Source of the DNA: an uncultured Mycoplasmatota bacterium
GTDB lineage: Bacteria > Bacillota_I > Bacilli_A > RF39 > UBA660
Reading direction: 5' to 3'
DNA: 64,000 bases
Assembly: GCA_947574215.1 (NCBI GenBank)
Contig: CANPIX010000002.1
Span: 4,490 to 68,489 of the forward strand
The notes below the pieces were generated by a model. That model was not told the DNA's origin. It did not search any database and worked only from the letters and a program-made list of their open reading frames with translations. Each line of letters starts with the position of its first letter. The stretch's first letter is position 1. Positions 28,203 to 41,379 of the stretch are shown here, one piece after another. The translations under genes were made by a program, and so were the position numbers.

Positions 28203-29030
28203 TTAATCCTCCAAACTTAATACAAAATAATCTAAAAGCAAATTAACATTTACGTTATAATTTAACCGTTCAATTATTCTATTAACTAAATCAATTCTTT
28301 TTATAAGTTCCTGCTGTGAATACTGAATTAATTGATTCATCTTTTCTGGTACTTCCTTTTTATTAATACAATTTAAGTATATTGTTAATATATTTTGAAA
28401 CAATTCCAATAAATCTTCTTTTTCTAATTTTTCTTCAAGAATAATTTTATTATATACGATACTTTGTTCTTTTTCTACTTCTATTTTATATAAATATTTT
28501 AAAGCTAAATCTAAAATATTTTGATTCTTAAAATAACTACTCTCTTTTTCATAAAAAGCTTTTATAATTTCACAACGACTTTTAATTGTATGAATTACAT
28601 TTTCTTTATTATTTGTAATTAAAAAGCCCAAAATATTTTGCTCTGGTTCTTCAATAAATTTTAACATTGTATTTGCAGAAGAAGCGTTTAACTTTTCTGC
28701 ATCATTTAAAATATAAATATTGAATTTTGTTAAATAAGGAACATTTAAAAAATCTCTTTTTAAGTCTTCCATTTGCGACTTTTTAATAGCTTGTCCATCA
28801 GGATAAATAATTTTTAATGAAGGTAAATTTGCAGTATCTATTAAATGACAAAGATTACATTTTGTACATTCAGGAATAAAACTATTTTCTGTACAATTAA
28901 TAATCTTGATCAAATTAGTAATATCTTGTAATGCCTTTTGTTTATCATTGGTTTCAATTAAAAAAACATGAGATAATTTATTCTCATTATGTTTTTTTAT
29001 TAAAGAATGAATATTTTTATTTTCAATCAA
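28203..29030 (-). CDS. holB: DNA polymerase III subunit delta' (HolB)
   Basis: 275 aa. It is AAA+-like but degenerate (LSHVFLIETND) and carries the zinc-module cysteines CTKCNLCHLI. It sits in the holB-yaaT synteny position. Confidence 0.6.
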   Translation of the reverse strand: MIENKNIHSLIKKHNENKLSHVFLIETNDKQKALQDITNLIKIINCTENSFIPECTKCNLCHLIDTANLPSLKIIYPDGQAIKKSQMEDLKRDFLNVPYLTKFNIYILNDAEKLNASSANTMLKFIEEPEQNILGFLITNNKENVIHTIKSRCEIIKAFYEKESSYFKNQNILDLALKYLYKIEVEKEQSIVYNKIILEEKLEKEDLLELFQNILTIYLNCINKKEVPEKMNQLIQYSQQELIKRIDLVNRIIERLNYNVNVNLLLDYFVLSLED

Positions 29031-29042
29031 ACTACCACCTAC

Positions 29043-29240
29043 TTACTTCGTCATAAAAAACATTGCAACTAACGAGACCAAACCAGGTACTCCTAGAAAA
29101 GTAACTGTCCCTAATGTAAAGGCATTTATAGGAATTACTACATTTATTGAATTAATACATAGATTTAAACCATACAACAATAAAAATGCAAAGATAAACT
29201 TTTTAACAAACGAGACTATTTTTTTTACCATATCTATCAC
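29043..29240 (-). CDS. bofA: BofA-like pro-sigma-K processing inhibitor (small membrane protein)
   Basis: 65 aa. VVIPINAFTLGTVTFLGVPGLVSLVAM resembles BofA (HVPINLVTTAISGILGIPGIAALVVI). Confidence 0.6.
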   Translation of the reverse strand: MIDMVKKIVSFVKKFIFAFLLLYGLNLCINSINVVIPINAFTLGTVTFLGVPGLVSLVAMFFMTK

Positions 29241-29274
29241 CTTTATAAAGTATATGGGACAAACCTAAGAATTA

Positions 29275-29877
29275 TTATTCTGAAATTTGCTTACGATCAT
29301 CTAGTGCTTTATCTAAAGTGACTGTATCCATATAATCTATATCAGCACCAATAGGTATACCATAAGATAACCTGGAAATTATAACATCCTTCTTTTCCAA
29401 AATTTTTTTAATAAAAAGAGTTGTAGTTTCTCCTTCAATATTGGACTTCAAAGCTAAAATCAATTCTGGACGTTTCAATTTTTCTATTCTTTCAATTAGA
29501 TTGGATATATTTATATCTTCATATCCTACACCTTCAGATGGAGAAATTAGCCCTCCTAACACATGATAAACGCCTTTAAAATTACCAGCTTTTTCAAAAG
29601 TGAAAACACTTTTATAATCCTCTAATACACATATAATATTTTTATCTCTACTATCATCATTACAAATATCACATATTTCTTTATCTGTAATATGTCCACA
29701 TATTTTACATGGTTTTAAAGTTATTTTGGCTTCCATCAAACTTGTACTAAAACTTTCAATTTGCTCTGTTGTTAATTCCAAAGTAGCTAAAGCCATTCTC
29801 TCTGCACTTTTTTCACCGATTCCTGGTAATTTTTTATAAGATTCAATAATGTTTTCTAACTTTTTAGGGTAAATCAT
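29275..29877 (-). CDS. recR: Recombination protein RecR
   Basis: LPGIGEKSAER (HhH), a Cys4 zinc finger CKICGHITDKEICDIC and a Toprim domain. The likely start is MIYPKKLENIIESYKKLPGIG at 29877, which abuts the ybaB stop. Confidence 0.85.
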   Translation of the reverse strand: MIYPKKLENIIESYKKLPGIGEKSAERMALATLELTTEQIESFSTSLMEAKITLKPCKICGHITDKEICDICNDDSRDKNIICVLEDYKSVFTFEKAGNFKGVYHVLGGLISPSEGVGYEDINISNLIERIEKLKRPELILALKSNIEGETTTLFIKKILEKKDVIISRLSYGIPIGADIDYMDTVTLDKALDDRKQISE

Positions 29878-29878
29878 G

Positions 29879-30172
29879 TTAGAATAATCCACCCAAACCA
29901 GCACCTAAAGATCCCATTTTATCTTCAATTTCTTGGTCAATTTTATTTGTAGCCTCTTTAGAAGCTAAAACAATCATATCTTCTAATATTTCTAAGTCAT
30001 CCTTGTCAAGGTCCCCTTTAATTTTTATAGAAACCATTTCCTTTTTACCATTATAAACGACTTCTACCATTTCAGAAGTACCTGTAAATAAAGTACTATC
30101 AATTTCTTCTTTCTTTTTTTGCATATCTCTTTGCATTTTTTGAGCTTGCGCCATTAAATTTTGCATATTCAT
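29879..30172 (-). CDS. ybaB: Nucleoid-associated protein YbaB/EbfC
   Basis: 97 aa. MQNLMAQAQKMQRDMQKKKEE...GAGLGGLF is the canonical family pattern. It sits between dnaX and recR. Confidence 0.85.
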   Translation of the reverse strand: MNMQNLMAQAQKMQRDMQKKKEEIDSTLFTGTSEMVEVVYNGKKEMVSIKIKGDLDKDDLEILEDMIVLASKEATNKIDQEIEDKMGSLGAGLGGLF

Positions 30173-30190
30173 ATTTTTTCCTTCTTTCTA

Positions 30191-31852
30191 TTATTTAACT
30201 TCTACATGTCCTTCATCAAATATAGATAATACATTCGTACAATCCAATGTTTCATTTATTTCATTAGAAGTATTTTTTAATTCATAAATAGGTTCATCTA
30301 ATATTTGATAAACATAATTTTCTTTTTTATTTTTAATATACTCTTTTTTCTTTTGTTCCCAAAATTCATTTGTTAAAGCAATAAAAGAAATTTTACAACC
30401 TGTATATTCTTCATATTTTTGTTCTATGTTAATTAAATTGCTATTAAACATTTCTACAATGCTTTCCTGTGCATCAATTATAATATTAATTTTTGGAGAG
30501 GCAAGCACCAATTGAGAATCAATAACAATTGATTTTAAAGAATCAATACTACTTAATGAATTAGTAAAATCCAACCATTTCCCCTTACTTTCTAAAAGAA
30601 TATTTTTATCAGCTTCTGCAAAGCAATTGTTAACTCGCACTCCAGTTAATTTTTCTAAATAATTTTTATATTCTTGACTTTCTTCAGAAGTAGAAAATTC
30701 AGTATTAATTTCTTTTTGATCCTTTAAAAATACTATTTCATTGTTTTCTTCTTCCATTAATTCTTTTTCAAAATCAGATGTACTTTCTTGAGTTTCTAAA
30801 TTGAACTTTTCTTTATTTGCATCATTGTTAACTGTTACATTTTTTATAATGGCTAAAAAGATTAATAAAAAAGGATCCACATTAATATTAATTTTATTTA
30901 TTAAATCATTTAATTCAAAAATAGTATCCTTAATTGCTATATATTTATCTTCCTTTTTTTCCACTTTACATTCCATAGCTTTTATAAATAATTGGTCTAT
31001 TATTTTCTTTATAAACACCTTATAATCTACTGATGATTTTTTCAAACTATCAAATATACACTTTAATTGTTCGTAATTATCTTTTATATAATTATCAGCA
31101 ATATTTTTTATTTGAATCATTGAAACAGAACCATAGTTGTTTAAAACCACTTCTAAATCAATTGAATCATTGCTTGTGGATAACTGATTTAATATACTAA
31201 GAGCGTCTCGACATCCACCTTCCGACAAATACGCAATTTCATTGATTGCCTCTTCAGTTATATGAATATTTTCTTTATCTACAATATTTTTCAAATGATT
31301 TATTAATTCTTCATCCGATAACTTCTTAAAATCATACCTTTGACATCGAGATAAAATTGTAATTGGAACGCTTTCAATATTTGTTGTTGCTAAAATAAAA
31401 ACAATATGGCTTGGTGGTTCTTCTAAAGTTAATAATAAAGCGTTAAAAGCACTTTGAGAAAGCATATGTACTTCATCAATAATATAAACCTTATATTTAC
31501 TAAAAGATGGGGCTATTTTAACATTGTTGATAAGTTCTCTTATTTCATCAACCCCATTATTAGAGGCAGCATCTATTTCAATTATATCAGCACTGTTATT
31601 TATATTTATACAAGATTTACAAGTACCACATGGAATTCCATCATGTGCATTTTCACAATTAATTGTTTTTGCAAATATTTTTGCTGTACTTGTTTTTCCT
31701 GTTCCTCTTGGACCTGTAAAAATATAAGCATGAGATATTTTATCATTTTTAACAGCATTTTTTAACATTTCAATTGAATACTTTTGACCTACAATTTCAT
31801 TAAAAGAAGATGGTCGATATTTTCTGTATAATACTTTATAATTGGATGTCAT
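30191..31852 (-). CDS. dnaX: DNA polymerase III subunits tau/gamma (DnaX)
   Basis: YRKYRPSSF, GPRGTGKTS (Walker A), DEVHML and a zinc module CGTCKSC. The likely start is MTSNYKVLYRKYRP (31852). The ORF track extends it to 31894. Confidence 0.9.
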   Translation of the reverse strand: MTSNYKVLYRKYRPSSFNEIVGQKYSIEMLKNAVKNDKISHAYIFTGPRGTGKTSTAKIFAKTINCENAHDGIPCGTCKSCININNSADIIEIDAASNNGVDEIRELINNVKIAPSFSKYKVYIIDEVHMLSQSAFNALLLTLEEPPSHIVFILATTNIESVPITILSRCQRYDFKKLSDEELINHLKNIVDKENIHITEEAINEIAYLSEGGCRDALSILNQLSTSNDSIDLEVVLNNYGSVSMIQIKNIADNYIKDNYEQLKCIFDSLKKSSVDYKVFIKKIIDQLFIKAMECKVEKKEDKYIAIKDTIFELNDLINKININVDPFLLIFLAIIKNVTVNNDANKEKFNLETQESTSDFEKELMEEENNEIVFLKDQKEINTEFSTSEESQEYKNYLEKLTGVRVNNCFAEADKNILLESKGKWLDFTNSLSSIDSLKSIVIDSQLVLASPKINIIIDAQESIVEMFNSNLINIEQKYEEYTGCKISFIALTNEFWEQKKKEYIKNKKENYVYQILDEPIYELKNTSNEINETLDCTNVLSIFDEGHVEVK

Positions 31853-31897
31853 ATAATATCTCCTCACATAAATATTATAGCATAAAAAAAACAATTA

Positions 31898-32320
31898 TTA
31901 ACGCATATTTTGAAAAAAATCAGATAATAATTGTTGATAAATATCAATTGTTTTTGGACTATTTATTTTCATTATATTTGTTTTAGAAAAGTCATGTTTA
32001 TAGTCTAATTTATCTAATAAATAATAAACATTTTGGATGCGACTTTGTTTTAGAACCTCCATACACATATTACAAGGCTTTAAAGTAACATACAAATTAC
32101 AATCAGATAAATTCCATCTTCCCAACTTCTTAGCAGCTTTTTGTAAAGCCAATATTTCAGCATGAGCAATAATATTTTTTCTTTTTTCCTTCTGATTATA
32201 CGCTTGAGAAATCCATTTACCATTCCTTTCAACTATTGCAGAAACTGGTATTTCTCCTTTTTTATAAGCAATACGAGATAATTTAATTAATAAATTTATT
32301 ATTGATTCATTTGTATTCAT
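31898..32320 (-). CDS. tadA: tRNA-specific adenosine deaminase TadA
   Basis: HAEILAL and LKPCNMC are CDA zinc-binding motifs. The ORF-track GTG start at 32356 would run into the SRP RNA hairpin. The likely start is MNTNESIINLL (ATG at 32320), 13 nt after an AGGTGG RBS. Confidence 0.8.
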   Translation of the reverse strand: MNTNESIINLLIKLSRIAYKKGEIPVSAIVERNGKWISQAYNQKEKRKNIIAHAEILALQKAAKKLGRWNLSDCNLYVTLKPCNMCMEVLKQSRIQNVYYLLDKLDYKHDFSKTNIMKINSPKTIDIYQQLLSDFFQNMR

Positions 32321-32342
32321 TCTTTTAAACATCCACCTAAAT

Positions 32343-32419
32343 AAAAAAGTGCACACGAACAGAGACTGATGTGGCTGCTATCTTCCGATCCTGACCAGAT
32401 TACAATATATTCGTTGCAC
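32343..32419 (-). ncRNA. ffs: Signal recognition particle RNA (small 4.5S-type, helix 8 / domain IV only)
   Basis: The minus strand reads gugcaacgaauauauuguaaucuGGUCAGGaucGGAAgauAGCAGCCacaucagucucuguucgugugcac followed by uuuuuu. It contains the conserved domain-IV motifs GGUCAGG...GGAA...AGCAGCC around a GNRA-type tetraloop. The ends pair (gugcaacgaa/uucgugugcac). A TTGAAA-17-TATTAT promoter sits at 32454-32426. Confidence 0.7.
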
Positions 32420-32493
32420 AAATAAATAATAACAATTTTTCTTTTATATTTCAAGAAGTTCCACGTGAAACATAGTTTATTTACACTTTCTTA

Positions 32494-32525
32494 TAAAAAA
32501 ATGTTCCACGTGGAACATTTTTTTA
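32494..32525 (-). terminator. Rho-independent terminator after gyrA (perfect palindrome atgttccacgtggaacat flanked by A/T runs; bidirectional)
   Basis: An 18-nt perfect palindrome at 32501-32518 immediately after the gyrA stop (32523-32525), followed on the minus strand by T7. Confidence 0.7.
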
Positions 32526-35024
32526 ATCACTAGAAATCTGATTTTCCTTTTCTTCTGCTGATAAACTATTTTCATTTGTTTCCAAAACAGTTTCATCTTC
32601 TTCTATCATTTCTGGAGTTTTTTCAACTAAACTTATATTCGATACTTCCTGATTTTCTTTTAAATTAATAACTCTTACTCCTTGAGTAACTCTTCCCAAA
32701 ATATTAATTTGATCAAGTGGTACTCTTATTACCATACCTGTATTCGTAATGATAACTAAGTCACTATTTTCTTGAGCTAATCGGAATGCCGCCATCGAAC
32801 CATTTTTTTCTGTGATATTAAGTGCTTTTACTCCTTTGCTTCCTCTTCTTGTTTGTCGATAATCACTAATTTTGGTTTGTTTTCCATAACCTTTTTTAGT
32901 AACAATAATTAAGGAATCATTATCTGTTGCAATTTCTGCACCAATACACTCCCCACCATCTAAGTTAATTCCACGAACTCCACTAGCAGTTCTTCCCATA
33001 ACTCGAATTTCATCTTCAATAAATTTGACCATTCTTCCATTATCTGACCCTAACAATATACAATCAGATCCTGTCGTCTTTTGAACTGAAATGAGTTCGT
33101 CATTTGGTCGTAAACTAATACAAATTTTACCATTATTACGTATACTATCAAATTCGGTAATACTAGTTCTTTTAACAATTCCTAATTTTGTAGCAAACAA
33201 TAAATATTTAGCTGTATCTTCTCTTTTTACACTTAAAATAGAATTAATTTTTTCTTCTTTTTCAATTTGCAACAAGTTGATAACTGGTAATCCTTTAGAT
33301 TGACGACTAAACTCTGGTATTTCATACCCCTTTAAACGATACACTTTTCCTTTATTCGTAAAGAATAAAATATAATCATGTGTGGATAAGTTTACCAAAT
33401 GTTCAACAAAATCTTCTTCATTGGTATTCATACCCTTAATTCCTACTCCACCACGATTTTGTAATTTAAAAGTATCAGAAGTTGTACGTTTAATATAACC
33501 ATTGTGAGTAAGTGCTATCATTATGTCTTCTTCTGGTATTAAAGATTCATCTTCAATAAATTCAATAGCGGACATATCAATATTTGTTCTTCTCTCATCT
33601 GCATATTTGTTTTTAATTTCAAGAAGTTCTTCTCTTATAATACCAAGAATTTTTTCTTCACTTGCTAAAATACTTCTTAACTCTTCTATTGATTTTAATA
33701 ATTCTGCAAGTTCATTTTCAATTTTTTCGCGTTCCAATCCAGTCAAACGACGCAATTTCATTTCTAGAATTGCATTGGCTTGAATATCATCAAGACCAAA
33801 TTTTGCCATCAATTGTTCTTTAGCAATAATATCAGTTGCAGATTCACGAATAGTTTTAATAACTTCGTCTAAATGATCCAAAGCAATTTTTAAACCTTCT
33901 AAAATATGAACTCGATCCAAAGCTTTATCTAAATCGTATTGTGTTCTTCGAATAATAATTTCTTTTTGATAATCAATATATTTCGATAAGATATCTTTAA
34001 GTCCAAGTATTTTTGGTGAACCTTGATCAATCATCAACAAATTAATACCATAAGTGGTTTGCAATTGCGTGTATTTATATAAATTATTTAATACTACATT
34101 TGCGTTAGCATCACGTTTTAAATAAATAACCACACGAACTGGATTTTCTAAATTTGATTCTTCATGAAGTTCACTAATTCCATCAATAATTTTGTCACGA
34201 ACCAGTTCTCCAATACGAGACTGAAATTCTGCTTTATTTACTTTATAAGGTAAAGCTGTAACCACAATTCGAGTTTTGCCACCATCTTCTTCAATATCAG
34301 CCTGTCCACGAATCGTAATAGAACCTTTACCTGTTTCGTAAGCCTTTCTAATACCGCTATTCCCTAAAATAGAGGCTCCAGTTGGAAAATCAGGTCCTTT
34401 AATGTATTGCATTAATCCATCCGTATCAATTTCATGATTATCAATATAGGCAACACAACCATCAATGACTTCTCCTAAATTATGTGGTGGTATATTAGTA
34501 GCCATACCAACAGCTATTCCCATTGTTCCATTTACTAAAATATTAGGAAATCGACTCGGTAAAATAACAGGTTCACTTTCTGTTTCATCAAAATTTGGGA
34601 CAAAATCAACAGTATTCTTATTTAAATCACGAGTCATTTCCAAAGCAAGTTTTGAAAGTCTTGCTTCCGTATAACGCATGGCAGCTGCACCATCACCATC
34701 CATATTACCAAAGTTCCCATGACCATCCACAAGCATATGTCGATAAGTAAAATCTTGAGCCATTCCCACCATAGCTTCATAAATAGATGAATCACCATGA
34801 GGATGATATTTACCCATTACATCTCCAACAATTCTGGCACTTTTACGATGTGGTTTATCGGGAGTATATCCAGATTCATACATGGAATACAAAATACGAC
34901 GATGAACTGGTTTTAAACCATCACGAAGGTCTGGAATCGCACGAGCGGTAATAACACTCATAGAATAATCTAAAAAGGATTTTTGTACTTCTTGTACGAT
35001 ATTATTTTCTATAATTCTTTCCAT
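32523..35024 (-). CDS. gyrA: DNA gyrase subunit A
   Basis: 833 aa. [18 protein letters not shown], the active-site Tyr region ([10 protein letters not shown]), the QRDR ([13 protein letters not shown]) and C-terminal beta-pinwheel repeats. Confidence 0.95.
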   Translation of the reverse strand: MERIIENNIVQEVQKSFLDYSMSVITARAIPDLRDGLKPVHRRILYSMYESGYTPDKPHRKSARIVGDVMGKYHPHGDSSIYEAMVGMAQDFTYRHMLVDGHGNFGNMDGDGAAAMRYTEARLSKLALEMTRDLNKNTVDFVPNFDETESEPVILPSRFPNILVNGTMGIAVGMATNIPPHNLGEVIDGCVAYIDNHEIDTDGLMQYIKGPDFPTGASILGNSGIRKAYETGKGSITIRGQADIEEDGGKTRIVVTALPYKVNKAEFQSRIGELVRDKIIDGISELHEESNLENPVRVVIYLKRDANANVVLNNLYKYTQLQTTYGINLLMIDQGSPKILGLKDILSKYIDYQKEIIIRRTQYDLDKALDRVHILEGLKIALDHLDEVIKTIRESATDIIAKEQLMAKFGLDDIQANAILEMKLRRLTGLEREKIENELAELLKSIEELRSILASEEKILGIIREELLEIKNKYADERRTNIDMSAIEFIEDESLIPEEDIMIALTHNGYIKRTTSDTFKLQNRGGVGIKGMNTNEEDFVEHLVNLSTHDYILFFTNKGKVYRLKGYEIPEFSRQSKGLPVINLLQIEKEEKINSILSVKREDTAKYLLFATKLGIVKRTSITEFDSIRNNGKICISLRPNDELISVQKTTGSDCILLGSDNGRMVKFIEDEIRVMGRTASGVRGINLDGGECIGAEIATDNDSLIIVTKKGYGKQTKISDYRQTRRGSKGVKALNITEKNGSMAAFRLAQENSDLVIITNTGMVIRVPLDQINILGRVTQGVRVINLKENQEVSNISLVEKTPEMIEEDETVLETNENSLSAEEKENQISSD

Positions 35025-35033
35025 ATAAACCTC

Positions 35034-38049
<3,016 letters not shown>

Positions 38050-38155
38050 ATTTAGCCTCTTTTACGCCCGTATAATAAAATAATAGGTATTTATGTACTC
38101 CTATACCTATTAAAATTATATCATAAAAAACACACTATTTGTAATTTTTTTCTGT

Positions 38156-38641
38156 TTATTTTTGAATTTTTCGATCTTTCAATACGGATTCTAATCTTGT
38201 TGCTCTCAATATTTGATTATTAATCGTTTCATAAGAAATATTTAATAAAATTTTATCCCCATTTTTAAATTCTACTACTAAGTGATTGTTTTGGTAATAA
38301 TAATTTTTAATTTTATTAGAACGCAACCAAGAACAATTTTTTTGTTTTGGACTAGATGTAGGAAAAAAAATTAAATCTTTACTTTCTTCTACGATTATTG
38401 GAACTTTATAGGTGACACCAATTAAATTATTTGTCCCTTTCTTTCTTCCATCCATAGAACTTCCAAAATAAGAACAACTGGTTTCCATAATTTCATTTGC
38501 AGATTGATCTACCACAAAATTTTTATCTTCCTCATAAATTCTTGTTTTATTAGACATAGAAAATAATGCAACCGTATTTTCATTGATCTCATACTTTTCC
38601 ATAGTTTCACCTCCCACCTGATTAAAATTGTTTTCTATCAT
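38156..38641 (-). CDS. comK: ComK-family competence transcription factor homologue
   Basis: 161 aa. SCSYFGSSMDGRKKGT, LIFFPTSSPKQKNCSWL and NNQILRATRLESVLKDR align with B. subtilis ComK blocks (SCRFFGSSYAGRKAGT, IFLFPTLSSTRPQCGWI, ENQVYRTAWLRTKFQDR) as I recall them. Confidence 0.6.
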   Translation of the reverse strand: MIENNFNQVGGETMEKYEINENTVALFSMSNKTRIYEEDKNFVVDQSANEIMETSCSYFGSSMDGRKKGTNNLIGVTYKVPIIVEESKDLIFFPTSSPKQKNCSWLRSNKIKNYYYQNNHLVVEFKNGDKILLNISYETINNQILRATRLESVLKDRKIQK

Positions 38642-38692
38642 AAAACCTTAAAAAGAAAAATTTTGTCGGAAAATGAAAAAACTTACTATTTT

Positions 38693-39811
38693 TTAGTAAG
38701 TTTTAATTGGTAGAATAAGTTGAATTAAAGATTCATCACTGATTGATTTTATTACAATTGGTTTTACATCATCAGTCATTAATAACAAGATTTCCTCTTC
38801 TTTAATAGTTTTTAAAGCCTCTAACATATACTTTGAACTAAAAGAAATATCTATAGCAGAACTTGTATCTGTATCTACGATAAGTTTTTCTTCTACTTTT
38901 CCAATTTCTGAAGCATAGGAATTAATCGTAATCACTTTATTCTCTAATTTCATTTTTATAATATTTTTATCTTTTCCTTGAGTAAGTAATGCAGCTCTAT
39001 CTACACTAGCAGAATACTCATCTTTATTAACTTTTACTATAATGCCGTACTCTGTAGGAATTAAATTGGAAGTGTTGGGATAAGTTCCTGATAAAAGATT
39101 GGTTTGAAATTTTATATTTTTATATTTAAATAATACTTTATTATTGAAAATATGCATTTCTACTTCCTCTTCGTCCGTAATTATTTTTTCCAATTCAATA
39201 ATATTTTTTCCTGGTATAACAATATTCACGTCCGTAGATATAGGACTATCTAATTTAACATTTTTCTTGGCCAATCGATAAGAATCTGTTGCAATAAATA
39301 GAAGCTCATCTCCAATAATTGAAACATTTACCCCAGTTAATAAAGGACGAAGTTCTTGATTGGATATGGCAAAAACCGTTTGATTAATTAAAGATTTTAA
39401 TACATCCCCTTTTAAAAGAATTGGATCCTTATGTTCTTCTAACTTTAAATTAGGATAATCATTTGCGTCTAAACAATTTAAGTTAAATTGAGCATTTTCT
39501 GTATAAATTCTTATTTTTAAACGATCAATTACTTCAAAATTAATTGTGTCACTAGGTAGTTTTCTAACTATATCTAATAAAAATTTACTTTGAATAATTA
39601 TTGTTCCTGTTGTCCCTATATTTTGAATTTCTTTTTCTTCAATATAAGAGGTAATGGTAAGTTCACTATCACTCGCGGTTAGAAAAAGTCCTTTATTCGT
39701 TAATTCAAATTTAATTCCATTTAAAACTGGAATAACATTTTTTGTAGATACCCCTTTTATTACATTGTTTAAGTTTTCTAATAAAATAGTTTTCGAAATT
39801 GTAAATTTCAT
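38693..39811 (-). CDS. dnaN: DNA polymerase III beta sliding clamp
   Basis: MKFTISKTILLENLNNVIKGVS is a typical DnaN N-terminus, and the protein has three-domain length. The likely start is 39811. The ORF track extends it to 39838. Confidence 0.9.
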   Translation of the reverse strand: MKFTISKTILLENLNNVIKGVSTKNVIPVLNGIKFELTNKGLFLTASDSELTITSYIEEKEIQNIGTTGTIIIQSKFLLDIVRKLPSDTINFEVIDRLKIRIYTENAQFNLNCLDANDYPNLKLEEHKDPILLKGDVLKSLINQTVFAISNQELRPLLTGVNVSIIGDELLFIATDSYRLAKKNVKLDSPISTDVNIVIPGKNIIELEKIITDEEEVEMHIFNNKVLFKYKNIKFQTNLLSGTYPNTSNLIPTEYGIIVKVNKDEYSASVDRAALLTQGKDKNIIKMKLENKVITINSYASEIGKVEEKLIVDTDTSSAIDISFSSKYMLEALKTIKEEEILLLMTDDVKPIVIKSISDESLIQLILPIKTY

Positions 39812-39854
39812 TTGTTTTTCCTTCTTTCTTTTTTTCAATTTTTTTATTTTTATT

Positions 39855-39960
39855 ATAGTGTGGATAACGTGTATAAGTCGTTTTTCTATTGAAATAACTG
39901 AAAAATTTGTAGTGGATAACTTTTTCTTTTGTCTTTCTTTTTTTTAAACTTATCCACTTT
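39855..39960. promoter_or_regulatory. oriC segment 2: DnaA-box cluster in the dnaA-dnaN intergenic region plus an AT-rich putative unwinding element
   Basis: tgtggataa (39859-39867, perfect), agtggataa (39911-39919) and ttatccact (39950-39958), with T/A-rich tracts between them. Confidence 0.7.
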
Positions 39961-39961
39961 T

Positions 39962-41317
39962 TTAAAATTTACTTTTTATTTCATTAATTTCCAACTCCAA
40001 TTGTTTATTGTTCTTTAAATCTTCTGTAATTTTATCACATCCATGAATCACAGTAGAATGATCTCTTCCACCAAATTCAAGACCGATTCGAGAAACGGTT
40101 TCATCGGTAAGCATTCTAGATAAATACATTCCAATTTGCCGCGAATAAGCAATTTTAGCACTTCGTTTTTTCCCTTTTAAATCTTCAATAGTAATGTGAT
40201 AATAATCCGCTACCGCTTTTTGAATGTTTTCTATAGAACTATCAGAGTAAATATTCACATTTAAATAATCTTTGAGCGCCTCATTTGCAAATTCTAAGTC
40301 AATTCGATCGGGAACAATCATCGCTGTATACGCCATAAGTCGATTTAAGGTCCCTTCTAAAAATCGCACATCGTTTTGACAACTATTAGCAATAAACTGG
40401 ATTACATTTTCATCAATTTTATCCTCTATACTCTTGCCCTTTAGTTTTTCTTTAATTATACGTACTCTAAGTTCAAAATCTGGAGGATCAATATTAACTG
40501 GAAGTCCCCACATAAAGCGACTTCTTAAACGTTCTTCTATCTTTTTTAAATCATCAGGGCTTCTATCCGAGCTAATAATAATTTGTTTGTTTGCTTGATG
40601 AAGTGCATTAAAGGTGTAAAAGAATTCCTCTTGTGTTTTGTCTGCCCCCACTAGATATTGAATGTCATCTATAATTAAGACATCAACATTCCGATATTTA
40701 TTTTTAAAATTATTTGAATAATCAATGGCATTTTTTCCTTTTTCCATTCCTGCAATACCAATGTATTCATTCATAAACATGTCACTTGTTGTGTATAAAA
40801 CTTTTTTATTTGTCGTTTCGGTAATAAAATTCCCGATGGCATGCATTAAATGAGTTTTACCAAGTCCACTTTTTCCATAGATAAATAATGGATTGTGAAT
40901 TTTCCCAGGTTGTTCTGCAACAGCCATTCCCGCTACTTTAGCAAAACGGTTTGTGTTTCCAACTATATAATTATCAAAATTTAAAGATTTATCTAAATTA
41001 TTTTCCCATAAATCATCTACTTTAGTAGTTTCAAAGTTTGATGTTTCCATCTCTTTAATTATTTTTTGTTGTTCTTCTTCTAAAACAAATTTAATATTGT
41101 AAGTAATTCCTGATAAATTAAATAGAATTTCTTCCATTAAAGAATAATAATTATCCCCTAATATTTTTTTGTGGATTTCCATAGGAACTTGTATTGTCAA
41201 GGAATCATTTTCCACAAGAATTAATTTTAAATCATTAAACCAAGCATTATAAGAAGCAGAATTGATCTCATTTTTTACATTACTTAAAAAAGTAGTCCAT
41301 AATTCTTCAACTAGCAA
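39962..41317 (-). CDS. dnaA: Chromosomal replication initiator protein DnaA
   Basis: 451 aa. AAA+ motifs (NPLFIYGKSGLGKTHLMHAIGN, LIIDDIQYL) and a C-terminal DNA-binding domain (AKIAYSRQIGMYLSRMLT). Confidence 0.95.
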   Translation of the reverse strand: MLVEELWTTFLSNVKNEINSASYNAWFNDLKLILVENDSLTIQVPMEIHKKILGDNYYSLMEEILFNLSGITYNIKFVLEEEQQKIIKEMETSNFETTKVDDLWENNLDKSLNFDNYIVGNTNRFAKVAGMAVAEQPGKIHNPLFIYGKSGLGKTHLMHAIGNFITETTNKKVLYTTSDMFMNEYIGIAGMEKGKNAIDYSNNFKNKYRNVDVLIIDDIQYLVGADKTQEEFFYTFNALHQANKQIIISSDRSPDDLKKIEERLRSRFMWGLPVNIDPPDFELRVRIIKEKLKGKSIEDKIDENVIQFIANSCQNDVRFLEGTLNRLMAYTAMIVPDRIDLEFANEALKDYLNVNIYSDSSIENIQKAVADYYHITIEDLKGKKRSAKIAYSRQIGMYLSRMLTDETVSRIGLEFGGRDHSTVIHGCDKITEDLKNNKQLELEINEIKSKF

Positions 41318-41379
41318 ATTCCATCACCCCACTCTTTGCTACTTTATGTAATTTCATTTTATCTCAATAAATTTGGATT

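Noticed and set aside
31454-31765. Plus-strand ORFs inside dnaX
   Set aside because: Antisense to the dnaX Walker A region. Spurious.
32321-32356. ORF-track extension of tadA to a GTG start at 32356
   Set aside because: The extension overlaps the SRP RNA hairpin and its U-tail. An internal ATG (32320) with an AGGTGG RBS gives a TadA of normal length.
32458-32471. Imperfect palindrome gttccacgtgaaac, next to the SRP RNA -35 and sharing the CACGTG core with the gyrA terminator
   Set aside because: It is imperfect (4 of 5 arm positions pair) and short, and is plausibly a partial duplication of the adjacent terminator palindrome. There is no basis to call it an operator.
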